From positions 2,688 to 66,687 of the forward strand of contig CANGGG010000005.1 in the NCBI GenBank assembly GCA_947453415.1: DNA of 64,000 nucleotides, written 5' to 3'. Source of the DNA: Bacteroidota bacterium (GTDB taxonomy: Bacteria; Bacteroidota; Bacteroidia; UKL13-3). The translations under genes were made by a program, and so were the position numbers. The notes below the pieces were generated by a model, which did no database searches, had not been told where the DNA came from, and saw only the letters and a program-made list of their open reading frames with translations. Below, piece after piece: positions 29,135 to 37,103 of the stretch (position 1 is its first letter; every line of letters begins with the position of its first letter).

Positions 29135-31096
29135 ATGAAAAAAAATATAATAATTTTAAGTTCAGTAATAGGCTTGGCCATGCTTTCGGTAGTAGGCTGC
29201 AAACCTAAAAACACAAGCAATGCAACCAGTGCCGATGCAGCACAAAAAGTGTATGTAGCACCTGGTAAATACGATGAAATTTACAACTTTGTAAGTGGTG
29301 GATTCAGTGGTCAAATGAGTGTTTATGGAATTCCGTCTGGTCGTTTGCTACGTGTTATACCCGTATTTTCACAAGATCCAGAAAAAGGTTGGGGTTACAG
29401 TGAAGAAACTAAACCTATGATGAACACATCGCATGGTTTTACTCCTTGGGATGATTTGCACCATGTGCAACTTTCAAAAACCAATGGTGAAGTAGATGGA
29501 AGATGGGTGTTTGGAAATGCAAACAATACACCTCGTGTTGCTCGCATTGATTTAAGCACTTTCCGTACTCAAGAAATTATAGAATTACCAAATAGTGGCG
29601 GAAATCACTCATCTCCTTTTATAACTGAAAATACTGAATACGTTGTTGCAGGTACTCGATTCAGTGTTCCTATGGATGATGCCAATGGCGATGTTCCAAT
29701 TAATACCTACAAACAAAACTTTAAAGGAACTTTGAGTTTTATTAGTGTAGGTAAAGAAGATGGAAAAATGGATATTGCTTTCCAAATAGAATGCCCTGGA
29801 GTAAACTTCGATTTAAGCAGAGCAGGTAAAGGCGTTTCTCATGGATGGTTCTTCTTTTCATGCTACAATACAGAACAAGCTAATACTTTGTTAGAAGTAA
29901 ATGCTTCGCAAAAAGACAAAGATTTTGTAATGGCAGTAAACTGGAAAAAAGCTGAAGAATATTTGAAAGCAGGAAAAGCAAAAAAACAAGCTGTAAGATA
30001 CGCGCACAACACCTACAGCGAAAAAACTCATTCAGCAACTTCTGAAATAAAAACTGAAGTTTTGGTTTTAAATGCTAAAGAGTTAAAAGACATTTGTTAC
30101 TTTATTCCTTGTCCTAAATCGCCACACGGTTGCGATGTATCTCCAACAGGCGAATACATTGTTGCAAGTGGTAAATTAGCTGCTGTTATTCCAGTATTTA
30201 GTTTCGATAAAATTCAAAAAGCTATAGCAGCAAAAAGCTATGATGGCGAATTTGATGGAATTCCAGTTATTAAATACGAATCGGCTTTACAAGGCGAAGT
30301 TAAAAAACCAGGCTTAGGTCCATTGCATACCGAATTTGATGACAATGGAAATGCTTACACTTCAATGTTTGTTTCTTCTGAAGTAGTAAAATGGAGCTTA
30401 AAAGATTTAAAAGTATTAGACAGAGCACCAACTTTTTATTCTATTGGTCACTTATGTGTAGTAGGTGGTGATACTAAAAAACCAACTGGAAAATACTTAA
30501 TTGCTTATAATAAAATTACCAAAGACAGGTATTTACCTACAGGTCCTGAGTTATCGCAAAGCGCACAATTATTCGACATTAGTGGCGACAAAATGAAACT
30601 ACTTTTAGATTTCCCAACCATTGGCGAACCACATTATGCACAAGCATGTTTGGCTAGTTTAATCAAAGACAAATCGGTAAAAATGTTTAAGATTGAAGAA
30701 AACAGCCATCCTTATGTAGCCAAAGGAGAAAAAGAAACTAAAGTAGTAAGAGAAGGAAACAAAGTGCATGTTTACATGACTGCCATTCGCTCACATTTAG
30801 CTCCCGATAATATTGAAGGAATTAAAATGGGAGATGAAGTATATTTCCATGTTACTAACTTAGAGCAAGATTGGGATGTGCCACATGGTTTTGCTATCAA
30901 AGGAGCATCAAATGCTGAGTTATTAATTATGCCAGGTGAAACACAAACTTTAAAATGGATTCCTACTAAAGTGGGTATTTCACCCATGTATTGTACCGAT
31001 TTTTGTAGTGCTTTACACCAAGAAATGCAAGGATATGTTCGAGTTTCACCAGCATCAAGTAAGCTTCCAATTAGCTTTAGTTTAGGTGCTAAATAA
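29135..31096 (+). CDS. nosZ: Nitrous-oxide reductase, Sec/lipoprotein-type (clade II)
   Basis: 653 aa; N-terminus MKKNIIILSSVIGLAMLSVVGC has a lipobox and no twin-arginine; C-terminal CuA motif CTDFCSALHQEMQGY. Confidence 0.95.
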   Translation: MKKNIIILSSVIGLAMLSVVGCKPKNTSNATSADAAQKVYVAPGKYDEIYNFVSGGFSGQMSVYGIPSGRLLRVIPVFSQDPEKGWGYSEETKPMMNTSHGFTPWDDLHHVQLSKTNGEVDGRWVFGNANNTPRVARIDLSTFRTQEIIELPNSGGNHSSPFITENTEYVVAGTRFSVPMDDANGDVPINTYKQNFKGTLSFISVGKEDGKMDIAFQIECPGVNFDLSRAGKGVSHGWFFFSCYNTEQANTLLEVNASQKDKDFVMAVNWKKAEEYLKAGKAKKQAVRYAHNTYSEKTHSATSEIKTEVLVLNAKELKDICYFIPCPKSPHGCDVSPTGEYIVASGKLAAVIPVFSFDKIQKAIAAKSYDGEFDGIPVIKYESALQGEVKKPGLGPLHTEFDDNGNAYTSMFVSSEVVKWSLKDLKVLDRAPTFYSIGHLCVVGGDTKKPTGKYLIAYNKITKDRYLPTGPELSQSAQLFDISGDKMKLLLDFPTIGEPHYAQACLASLIKDKSVKMFKIEENSHPYVAKGEKETKVVREGNKVHVYMTAIRSHLAPDNIEGIKMGDEVYFHVTNLEQDWDVPHGFAIKGASNAELLIMPGETQTLKWIPTKVGISPMYCTDFCSALHQEMQGYVRVSPASSKLPISFSLGAK

Positions 31097-31134
31097 TAAT
31101 TTATAAAGGATCTTTCAAAAGCTCTTATTTCCTA

Positions 31135-31203
31135 GTCAGTTCGAGCGAAGTCGAAAAACTTATATTTTCGTTTTCAACATATTTCGACTTCGCTCAATAT
31201 GAC
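31135..31203. repeat. REP-like inverted repeat GTCAnnnnGAGCGAAGTCGAAA / TTTCGACTTCGCTCnnnnTGAC
   Basis: Perfect 14-bp arms at 31143-31156 and 31182-31195, extendable to about 22 bp with mismatches. Confidence 0.75.
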
Positions 31204-31211
31204 AAAATGTG

Positions 31212-31245
31212 AAGAGGCTGCCCTTTTGAGACAGCCTCTTTTATT
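31212..31245 (+). terminator. Hairpin plus T-rich tract after nosZ (terminator or attenuator)
   Basis: AAGAGGCTG-cccttttgaga-CAGCCTCTT followed by TTATTT. Confidence 0.7.
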
Positions 31246-31272
31246 TAACAGTCATTCAATTTTTCAATTACC

Positions 31273-32277
31273 ATGAAATTAACAACATTATCGCGCGTGC
31301 TTTTATTAGCAGCAGCCGTACTTTTAGGTTCATCTATTTTTGTTGCCATTTGGCGCATAGAATTAGAAGCACCGCAATATCCTGAGGGCTTAAATCTATT
31401 AATTTATGCCAATAAATTAGGTGGAAACGTAGATATAATAAATGGTTTGAACCATTATATTGGTATGCAAACTTTGCATGCCGAAAACTTTATTGAGTTT
31501 ACCATTTTGCCTTATATCATTGGTTTTTTTGCTGCATTTTCTTTGCTTGCAGCAATACTTGCAAACAAAAAAGTAGCAAATATTTTATTCTTTTCATTTG
31601 TAGCTTTTGGCATTATAGCCATGATTGATTTTTACAGATGGAATTATAATTACGGACATAATTTAGATCCAAATGCAGCCATTATAGTTCCTGGAATGGC
31701 TTATCAACCGCCATTGATTGGCTATAAACAATTATTGAACTTTGGCGCATTTTCAACTCCAGATATTGGTGGTTGGTTTTTTATAACTGCTGGTTTATTC
31801 ATGCTAACCGTATTTGTAACAGGAACAAAACTTTGGGACAAAAAATTTACAAAAAATATTGTTTCATTAGTTGTTTTTGGATTTATATCTATGCTAACTT
31901 CTTGCTCAACAGATGGACCAAAACAACCAAAATTAAATAATACTAATTGCGATTTTTGTAAAATGACCATTGCCAACGAAAAATTTATTGCACAATGTGC
32001 AACCGATAAAGGCAGGGTTTATTACTTTGACGACATTAGTTGCATGGTGAGATTTAAAAGTGAAAACAGTACTATTGCTTTTGAGAATTTTTTTATTGCC
32101 GACTTTAACAATCCAGCTAAATATTTAAAAGGAAGCGAAGCAATTTTGTTTAAAAACGAAGAAATAAAAAGTCCAATGGGCGGCAATATTATTGCTTTTT
32201 CAAAGCAAACCGATGCAGAAGAATTTTTACAAAAACATGCTGCAACAAAAGTTTCATGGACAGAATTAAACAAGTAA
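31273..32277 (+). CDS. nosL: Fusion ORF: N-terminal polytopic membrane domain (NosB-like position) plus C-terminal NosL copper-chaperone domain
   Basis: 334 aa. Residues 1-190 have about 5 TM helices. An internal lipoprotein-like signal KNIVSLVVFGFISMLTSC is followed by the NosL-type CDFCKMTI...YFDDISCM...SPMGGNIIAF. Confidence 0.8.
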   Translation: MKLTTLSRVLLLAAAVLLGSSIFVAIWRIELEAPQYPEGLNLLIYANKLGGNVDIINGLNHYIGMQTLHAENFIEFTILPYIIGFFAAFSLLAAILANKKVANILFFSFVAFGIIAMIDFYRWNYNYGHNLDPNAAIIVPGMAYQPPLIGYKQLLNFGAFSTPDIGGWFFITAGLFMLTVFVTGTKLWDKKFTKNIVSLVVFGFISMLTSCSTDGPKQPKLNNTNCDFCKMTIANEKFIAQCATDKGRVYYFDDISCMVRFKSENSTIAFENFFIADFNNPAKYLKGSEAILFKNEEIKSPMGGNIIAFSKQTDAEEFLQKHAATKVSWTELNK

Positions 32278-32300
32278 TTGATAAAACCAAAAGGCAAACA

Positions 32301-33524
32301 ATGCTAAGTATATTAAGCATTGTTTTTGCATTTATAGCAAATGGTAAAACCATTACCGTTGGTCAAAATAAACAGTGTAAAACTATTCATCAAGCCATAA
32401 AAATTGCGGCAACTTTCGATACCATAGAAATACATGAAGGCTTGTACAAAGAAGGAAATATAGTAGTTGATAAATCGCTGTATATAAAAGGAATTAACAA
32501 GCCTGTTTTAGATGGAGAAAAAAAATTTGAAATTCTTTCTGTAAAATCGAACTTTACTACCATTGATGGTTTAATAGTGCAACATTCGGGTTATGCTACG
32601 CTCGATGATCCAGGTGGAATAAAGGTGTATGATTCGCACCATGTTAACATTATAAACAATACACTTTCTGATAATTTTTTTGGTGTTTATATTCAATACG
32701 GACAACATTGTATAATTAAAAACAACAATATTGAAGCCTTTGGAGTGGAAGAACAGCAAATAGGGAATGGCATTCATTGTTGGAAAAGTGATAGCCTACA
32801 AATTATTGGAAATAAAATTACAGGACACCGAGATGGAATATATTTTGAGTTTGTAAAAGGTTCCATTATTTGGCGAAACATTTCCTATAAAAACATTCGT
32901 TATGGCTTGCATTTTATGTTCTCGAACGATGATGCATATATTGGCAATATATTTAAAAACAATGGCGCTGGTGTATCGGTAATGTTTACCAAAAACGTAA
33001 AAATGTTTAACAATTATTTTATCGATAATTGGGGCGATGCAGCTTATGGATTATTGCTAAAAGAAATATCCGATAGTTATATTTTCAACAACCGTTTTTT
33101 ATCGAACACTTCAGGAATTTATATGGAAGGTACTAGCCGAATAAAAGTGGAAAATAATAGTTTTAATAACAACGGCTGGGGAATGAAAATACAAGCAAGT
33201 TGCATGGAAAATAACATCATCAACAACAATTTTAAAAACAATACTTTCGATGTAAGCACCAATGGTTCTTTGGTATTGAACGTTTTTAACAAAAACTATT
33301 GGGACAAATACGAAGGCTACGATTTAAATAAGGACAATATTGGCGATGTAGCCTATCATCCTTTAAGTTTATTTTCTATTATTGTGGAAAATAATGCTTC
33401 GGTGATGTTGTTGTATCAAAGTTTTTTTGCCATGCTTTTAGATAAATCGGAAAAGGTAATTCCAAGTTTAACACCCACTAATTTTATAGATGAGCAACCC
33501 TTAATGCACCCAATTTTACTATGA
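32301..33524 (+). CDS. nosD: NosD, periplasmic parallel beta-helix copper-centre assembly protein
   Basis: Signal peptide from the ATG at 32301, many NNxI/GIxL beta-helix repeats; ATGA overlap with nosF. Confidence 0.9.
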   Translation: MLSILSIVFAFIANGKTITVGQNKQCKTIHQAIKIAATFDTIEIHEGLYKEGNIVVDKSLYIKGINKPVLDGEKKFEILSVKSNFTTIDGLIVQHSGYATLDDPGGIKVYDSHHVNIINNTLSDNFFGVYIQYGQHCIIKNNNIEAFGVEEQQIGNGIHCWKSDSLQIIGNKITGHRDGIYFEFVKGSIIWRNISYKNIRYGLHFMFSNDDAYIGNIFKNNGAGVSVMFTKNVKMFNNYFIDNWGDAAYGLLLKEISDSYIFNNRFLSNTSGIYMEGTSRIKVENNSFNNNGWGMKIQASCMENNIINNNFKNNTFDVSTNGSLVLNVFNKNYWDKYEGYDLNKDNIGDVAYHPLSLFSIIVENNASVMLLYQSFFAMLLDKSEKVIPSLTPTNFIDEQPLMHPILL

Positions 33525-34234
33525 TAGCTATTCAAAATATTTCGAAAAAATTTGGTAAACTAACAGTTTTAGATGGTTCCTCGGCTCAATTTAATAAAGG
33601 TGAATGCATTGCTTTAATTGGCCCGAACGGTTGCGGAAAAACTACTTTAATAAAAAGTATTTTAGGAATGGTAGTTCCCAATACTGGCAATATTTTGTTC
33701 AATGATGTTTCCATAAAAAATGAATTTTTATACAGAAACAATATTGGTTACATGCCGCAAATAGGTCGCTATCCCGAAAACATGAACATTGGCCAAGTAA
33801 TTGATATGATAAAAAATATTAGAAATTATAACAGTCAATTAGATGAAGAATTATTGGATTTATACAAAATAAAAGACCTGCTTAACAAAAAAATGAGAAC
33901 GCTTTCGGGCGGAACTACTCAAAAAATAAGCGCAACCATTGCATTTTTATTTAACCCCGATGTATTGATTTTAGATGAACCCACAGCAGGTTTAGATCCT
34001 TTGGCAGCGGAAATTTTAAAGGAAAAAATTATTAAGGAAAAACAAAAAGGCAAGCTCATTATTATTACATCGCACTTACTCAGTGAGCTAGATGAGTTGG
34101 TAACGCAAGTGGTTTTTATGCAAGATGGAAAAATAAAGTTTCATAAAAACACCGAAGAATTAAAAAACGATACGCAAATGCCAACTATTGCCAAGGCAAT
34201 TACTCATATTTTAAAAGCTACTGCGCATGAATAG
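33521..34234 (+). CDS. nosF: NosF ABC ATPase
   Basis: Walker A GPNGCGKTT, signature LSGGTTQK, Walker B ILDEP. Confidence 0.9.
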   Translation: MIAIQNISKKFGKLTVLDGSSAQFNKGECIALIGPNGCGKTTLIKSILGMVVPNTGNILFNDVSIKNEFLYRNNIGYMPQIGRYPENMNIGQVIDMIKNIRNYNSQLDEELLDLYKIKDLLNKKMRTLSGGTTQKISATIAFLFNPDVLILDEPTAGLDPLAAEILKEKIIKEKQKGKLIIITSHLLSELDELVTQVVFMQDGKIKFHKNTEELKNDTQMPTIAKAITHILKATAHE

Positions 34235-34994
34235 ATTGATAAAATTTGTAGTACTCGACATGATAAAGAATAGAACCATTTTGGGTTATACTTTGCTTTT
34301 AGCAATATTTAGCTGGAGTGTTTTTGGACTAGAAGACAATGCCACCAAAGGCGTTTTAACTTTGCTAAATATTATGCTTTTAATAGTTCCATTGGTAAGT
34401 ATAATTTTTTCAACTATTTATATTTATAATAGTTCCGAATTTATTGATTTAATGGTAAGTCAGCCGGTAAAAAGAAGTAAAATTTGGACCAGTTTATTTA
34501 TTGGTTTAAGCATTTCGCAAATATTGGCTTTTGTAGTTGGAGTAGGCATTCCGTTGTTATTATTTGCACCAATAAACATTGCATTGAGCATGATAAGCGT
34601 TGGCTGTATAGTTAGTATTATATTTATTGCCATTGCTTTTTTAGCTTGCGCAATTACGCACGATAAATCAAAGGGAATTGGTGTTTCTATTATGCTTTGG
34701 TTATACTTTGCTTTGCTGTTTGACGGATTAGTATTGTTCCTGTTGTTTCAATTTGCAGACTATCCAATTGAGCATATTATGATTGGAATAACCATGCTAA
34801 GCCCAATTGATATGGCACGAATACTCATATTATTACAGTTAAATGTGTCGGCATTACTTGGACATACGGGAGCTATTTTTACTGATTTTTTCGGTACAAT
34901 AATTGGAACTTTTATTTCTACCTTTGTACTTTGCCTTTGGGCAATTATTCCATTTTATTTATCTTTACGCATGTTTAACAAAAAAGACTTATAA
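34227..34994 (+). CDS. nosY: NosY ABC-2 type permease
   Basis: 255 aa, six TM helices, 8-nt overlap with nosF. Confidence 0.85.
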   Translation: MNRLIKFVVLDMIKNRTILGYTLLLAIFSWSVFGLEDNATKGVLTLLNIMLLIVPLVSIIFSTIYIYNSSEFIDLMVSQPVKRSKIWTSLFIGLSISQILAFVVGVGIPLLLFAPINIALSMISVGCIVSIIFIAIAFLACAITHDKSKGIGVSIMLWLYFALLFDGLVLFLLFQFADYPIEHIMIGITMLSPIDMARILILLQLNVSALLGHTGAIFTDFFGTIIGTFISTFVLCLWAIIPFYLSLRMFNKKDL

Positions 34995-34997
34995 CAT

Positions 34998-35912
34998 ATG
35001 ACGAATATTGAGATTTTAGTCAATCAAATTAAAGAAAAGTACGAAAAACTAGGAGAAAATCCTGAAACATATTTAAAAGGATTGCTGCAAGCAAAACCTA
35101 TAAACTATTGGGATTACATAGAAGTTGACACCTTATTATCGCTTCAAAAGCCAAGAACAAACTTTAAAGATGAAGAAATTTTCATCATGTACCATCAGGT
35201 AACAGAATTGTTTTTAAAACTAATGTTACATGAAATAAAACAAGTAGCAGTTGAAGCAATTTATACGGAAGAGTTTTTGATGAATAAATTTACAAGAATC
35301 ATTCGTTACACGCAAATGCTAATTAATTCCTTCGATATTATGAAAGACGGAATGAATTACGATGATTACAATGTATTTAGAGCAACTTTAGCGCCAGCAA
35401 GTGGTTTTCAAAGTGCGCAATTTAGGTTCATTGAATTGCATTGTACCGGATTAGAAAACTTAATGAATGAAGCAGGTAGAGAACGTATAAGTTTAAATCC
35501 AACTACCGAAGAATACTTTGACCATATCTATTGGAAAGATGCTGGATTGAACAGAAAAACCGGCAAAAAAAATCTGACACTTACCTTATTTGAAGAAAAA
35601 TATTTACATCAATTCATCAGTTTAGCAAACACCATGAAAGGAAAAACTATAGCTGATAGACTGAATGAATTACCTAATAAATCGGAAGCATTATTAAACA
35701 TGTTAAGAGAGTTTGACCATTTGTATAATGTGGCTTGGCCAATGGTTCATTTAAATACTGCAAAGCATTATTTAGACAGTAAAAACGAGAACCAACAAGC
35801 AACGGGAGGTTCTGAATGGAAAAAATACTTAATGCCTAAATTCCAACAGCGTAAGTTTTTTCCTGCTTTTTGGAGCAATGAAGAAAAAGAAAAATGGGGT
35901 GAAAGCATTTAA
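34998..35912 (+). CDS. Tryptophan 2,3-dioxygenase family heme protein
   Basis: YWDYIEVDTLLSLQKP...DEEIFIMYHQVTELFLKL, LAPASGFQSAQFRFIE, ...MVHLNTAKHYL...TGGS align with the TDO signature regions as I recall them; starts 3 nt after the nosY stop. Confidence 0.85.
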   Translation: MTNIEILVNQIKEKYEKLGENPETYLKGLLQAKPINYWDYIEVDTLLSLQKPRTNFKDEEIFIMYHQVTELFLKLMLHEIKQVAVEAIYTEEFLMNKFTRIIRYTQMLINSFDIMKDGMNYDDYNVFRATLAPASGFQSAQFRFIELHCTGLENLMNEAGRERISLNPTTEEYFDHIYWKDAGLNRKTGKKNLTLTLFEEKYLHQFISLANTMKGKTIADRLNELPNKSEALLNMLREFDHLYNVAWPMVHLNTAKHYLDSKNENQQATGGSEWKKYLMPKFQQRKFFPAFWSNEEKEKWGESI

Positions 35913-35915
35913 ATA

Positions 35916-36293
35916 ATGGAAGACATTGATATTATTAATGACATAAAAACTAAAATTGACATAGAAATTCTAGTCAATGCATTTTATGAAAAAGTAAAAA
36001 AAGACAACCAAATCAGTCACTTTTTCAAACATGTAAACTGGAAAACTCATATGCCAATTATGTATGTATTTTGGGAAAACGTACTTTTTTATACAGGAAG
36101 TTATGTTGGAAATCCAATGCTTTTACACAAAAAATTGCATGCACATATGCCTTTAAGCAAAAAAGATTTTGACCAATGGATTCATTTATTTCATGAAACA
36201 ATCAATGAAAATTATGAAGGAAAAATGGCTGAGGCAATGAAAGAAAGAGCCAATAATATATCCATTATAATGCAAACTAAAATATTGGTTTAA
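35916..36293 (+). CDS. Group III truncated hemoglobin
   Basis: 125 aa; FYEKVKKDNQISHFF, GSYVGNPMLLHKKLH, FDQWIHLFHETI resemble Ctb-type trHb; starts 3 nt after the TDO stop. Confidence 0.85.
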   Translation: MEDIDIINDIKTKIDIEILVNAFYEKVKKDNQISHFFKHVNWKTHMPIMYVFWENVLFYTGSYVGNPMLLHKKLHAHMPLSKKDFDQWIHLFHETINENYEGKMAEAMKERANNISIIMQTKILV

Positions 36294-36326
36294 CAACCTT
36301 CAATTACAACATTAAATACAAAACAA

Positions 36327-36360
36327 AATGGCTGCATTTATAAAATAAATGCAGCCATTT
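36327..36360. terminator. Bidirectional terminator between the nos operon and the fasciclin gene
   Basis: AAATGGCTGCATTTA-taaaa-TAAATGCAGCCATTT followed by TTATT. Confidence 0.85.
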
Positions 36361-36426
36361 TTATTAGAAACCCTTCAATAAATTAATTAAAACTTGAACA
36401 TAAAAATTGTGTCTGATAAAAAATCA

Positions 36427-36987
36427 CTAATTACCTGGAAGTAAAACTTCGTCTATAACATGAATAATACCGTTAGAGGCTGGAATAGAAGCTAAAATAT
36501 GCGCTTTTCCATTAACAACTGGTTTACCATCAACCATTGTAATTTTTATATTCCCACCATTTACTTGACCAAATGTTTGACCATCTTGCAAAGATTCTGG
36601 TTTAAGCACACCAACATAAACGTGGTATTGTAAAATATCAGTCAATGCATCTATTTTTTCTGGTTTTAATAAACCTTCAACCGTGCCAGCAGGTAATTTA
36701 TCGAAAGCTGCATTAGTAGGAGCAAATACAGTAAAAGGTCCTGCATTACTTAAAACATCCACTAATTTAGCGGCAGTAACGGCAGCAACTAAAGTTGTAT
36801 GATCCTTACTTCCAACTGCTACTTGAACAACGTTTGGATTTGATACATCATCTTTAACACCTGATTGACCAGCACCTGTGGCTTCAGTTTGAGTTGCTTC
36901 AGCTTCTTTAGCTGGAGTATTTGCGCTATTACAGCTAGCAGCTAGCATGGCTGCTACTACGATACAATTTTTTATTACTTTTTTCAT
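36427..36987 (-). CDS. Fasciclin (FAS1) domain lipoprotein
   Basis: Lipobox MLAASC, low-complexity linker, then ...TVFAPTNAAFDKLP...GIIHVIDEVLLP FAS1 motifs. Confidence 0.88.
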   Translation of the reverse strand: MKKVIKNCIVVAAMLAASCNSANTPAKEAEATQTEATGAGQSGVKDDVSNPNVVQVAVGSKDHTTLVAAVTAAKLVDVLSNAGPFTVFAPTNAAFDKLPAGTVEGLLKPEKIDALTDILQYHVYVGVLKPESLQDGQTFGQVNGGNIKITMVDGKPVVNGKAHILASIPASNGIIHVIDEVLLPGN

Positions 36988-37009
36988 ATTTCTGTATTTT
37001 ATACAGCAT

Positions 37010-37017
37010 CAAATTGA
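37010..37017 (-). promoter_or_regulatory. -7-like box TCAATTTG for the fasciclin gene
   Basis: Plus CAAATTGA 23 nt upstream of the ATG. Confidence 0.4.
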
Positions 37018-37037
37018 CAACTATTTATATTTATTTA

Positions 37038-37055
37038 TTATGACCCGAATCATAA
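37038..37055. promoter_or_regulatory. Second copy of the Crp/Fnr-type box: TTATGAC-CCGA-ATCATAA
   Basis: 13 of 14 arm positions match the 28550 palindrome; centre again about 43 nt upstream of the predicted transcription start. Confidence 0.5.
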
Positions 37056-37103
37056 AAACAAAATGATATTCAGCATTAAGAAATAATATTAAAAAACTAA
37101 AAA

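Noticed and set aside
31135-31203. Inverted repeat considered as a MITE or IS end
   Set aside because: It is only about 69 nt, with no flanking direct duplication visible and no transposase nearby. It is treated as a REP-like hairpin instead.
28685-31976. Minus-strand ORFs inside the cytochrome c, nosZ and nosL genes (28685-28882, 29005-29220, 30772-30987, 31722-31976, 32022-32297)
   Set aside because: They are antisense to genes with diagnostic motifs.
32256-32300. Upstream extension of NosD (start at 32256)
   Set aside because: It would overlap the end of nosL and place 15 polar residues ahead of the signal peptide. The ATG at 32301 gives a normal signal sequence.
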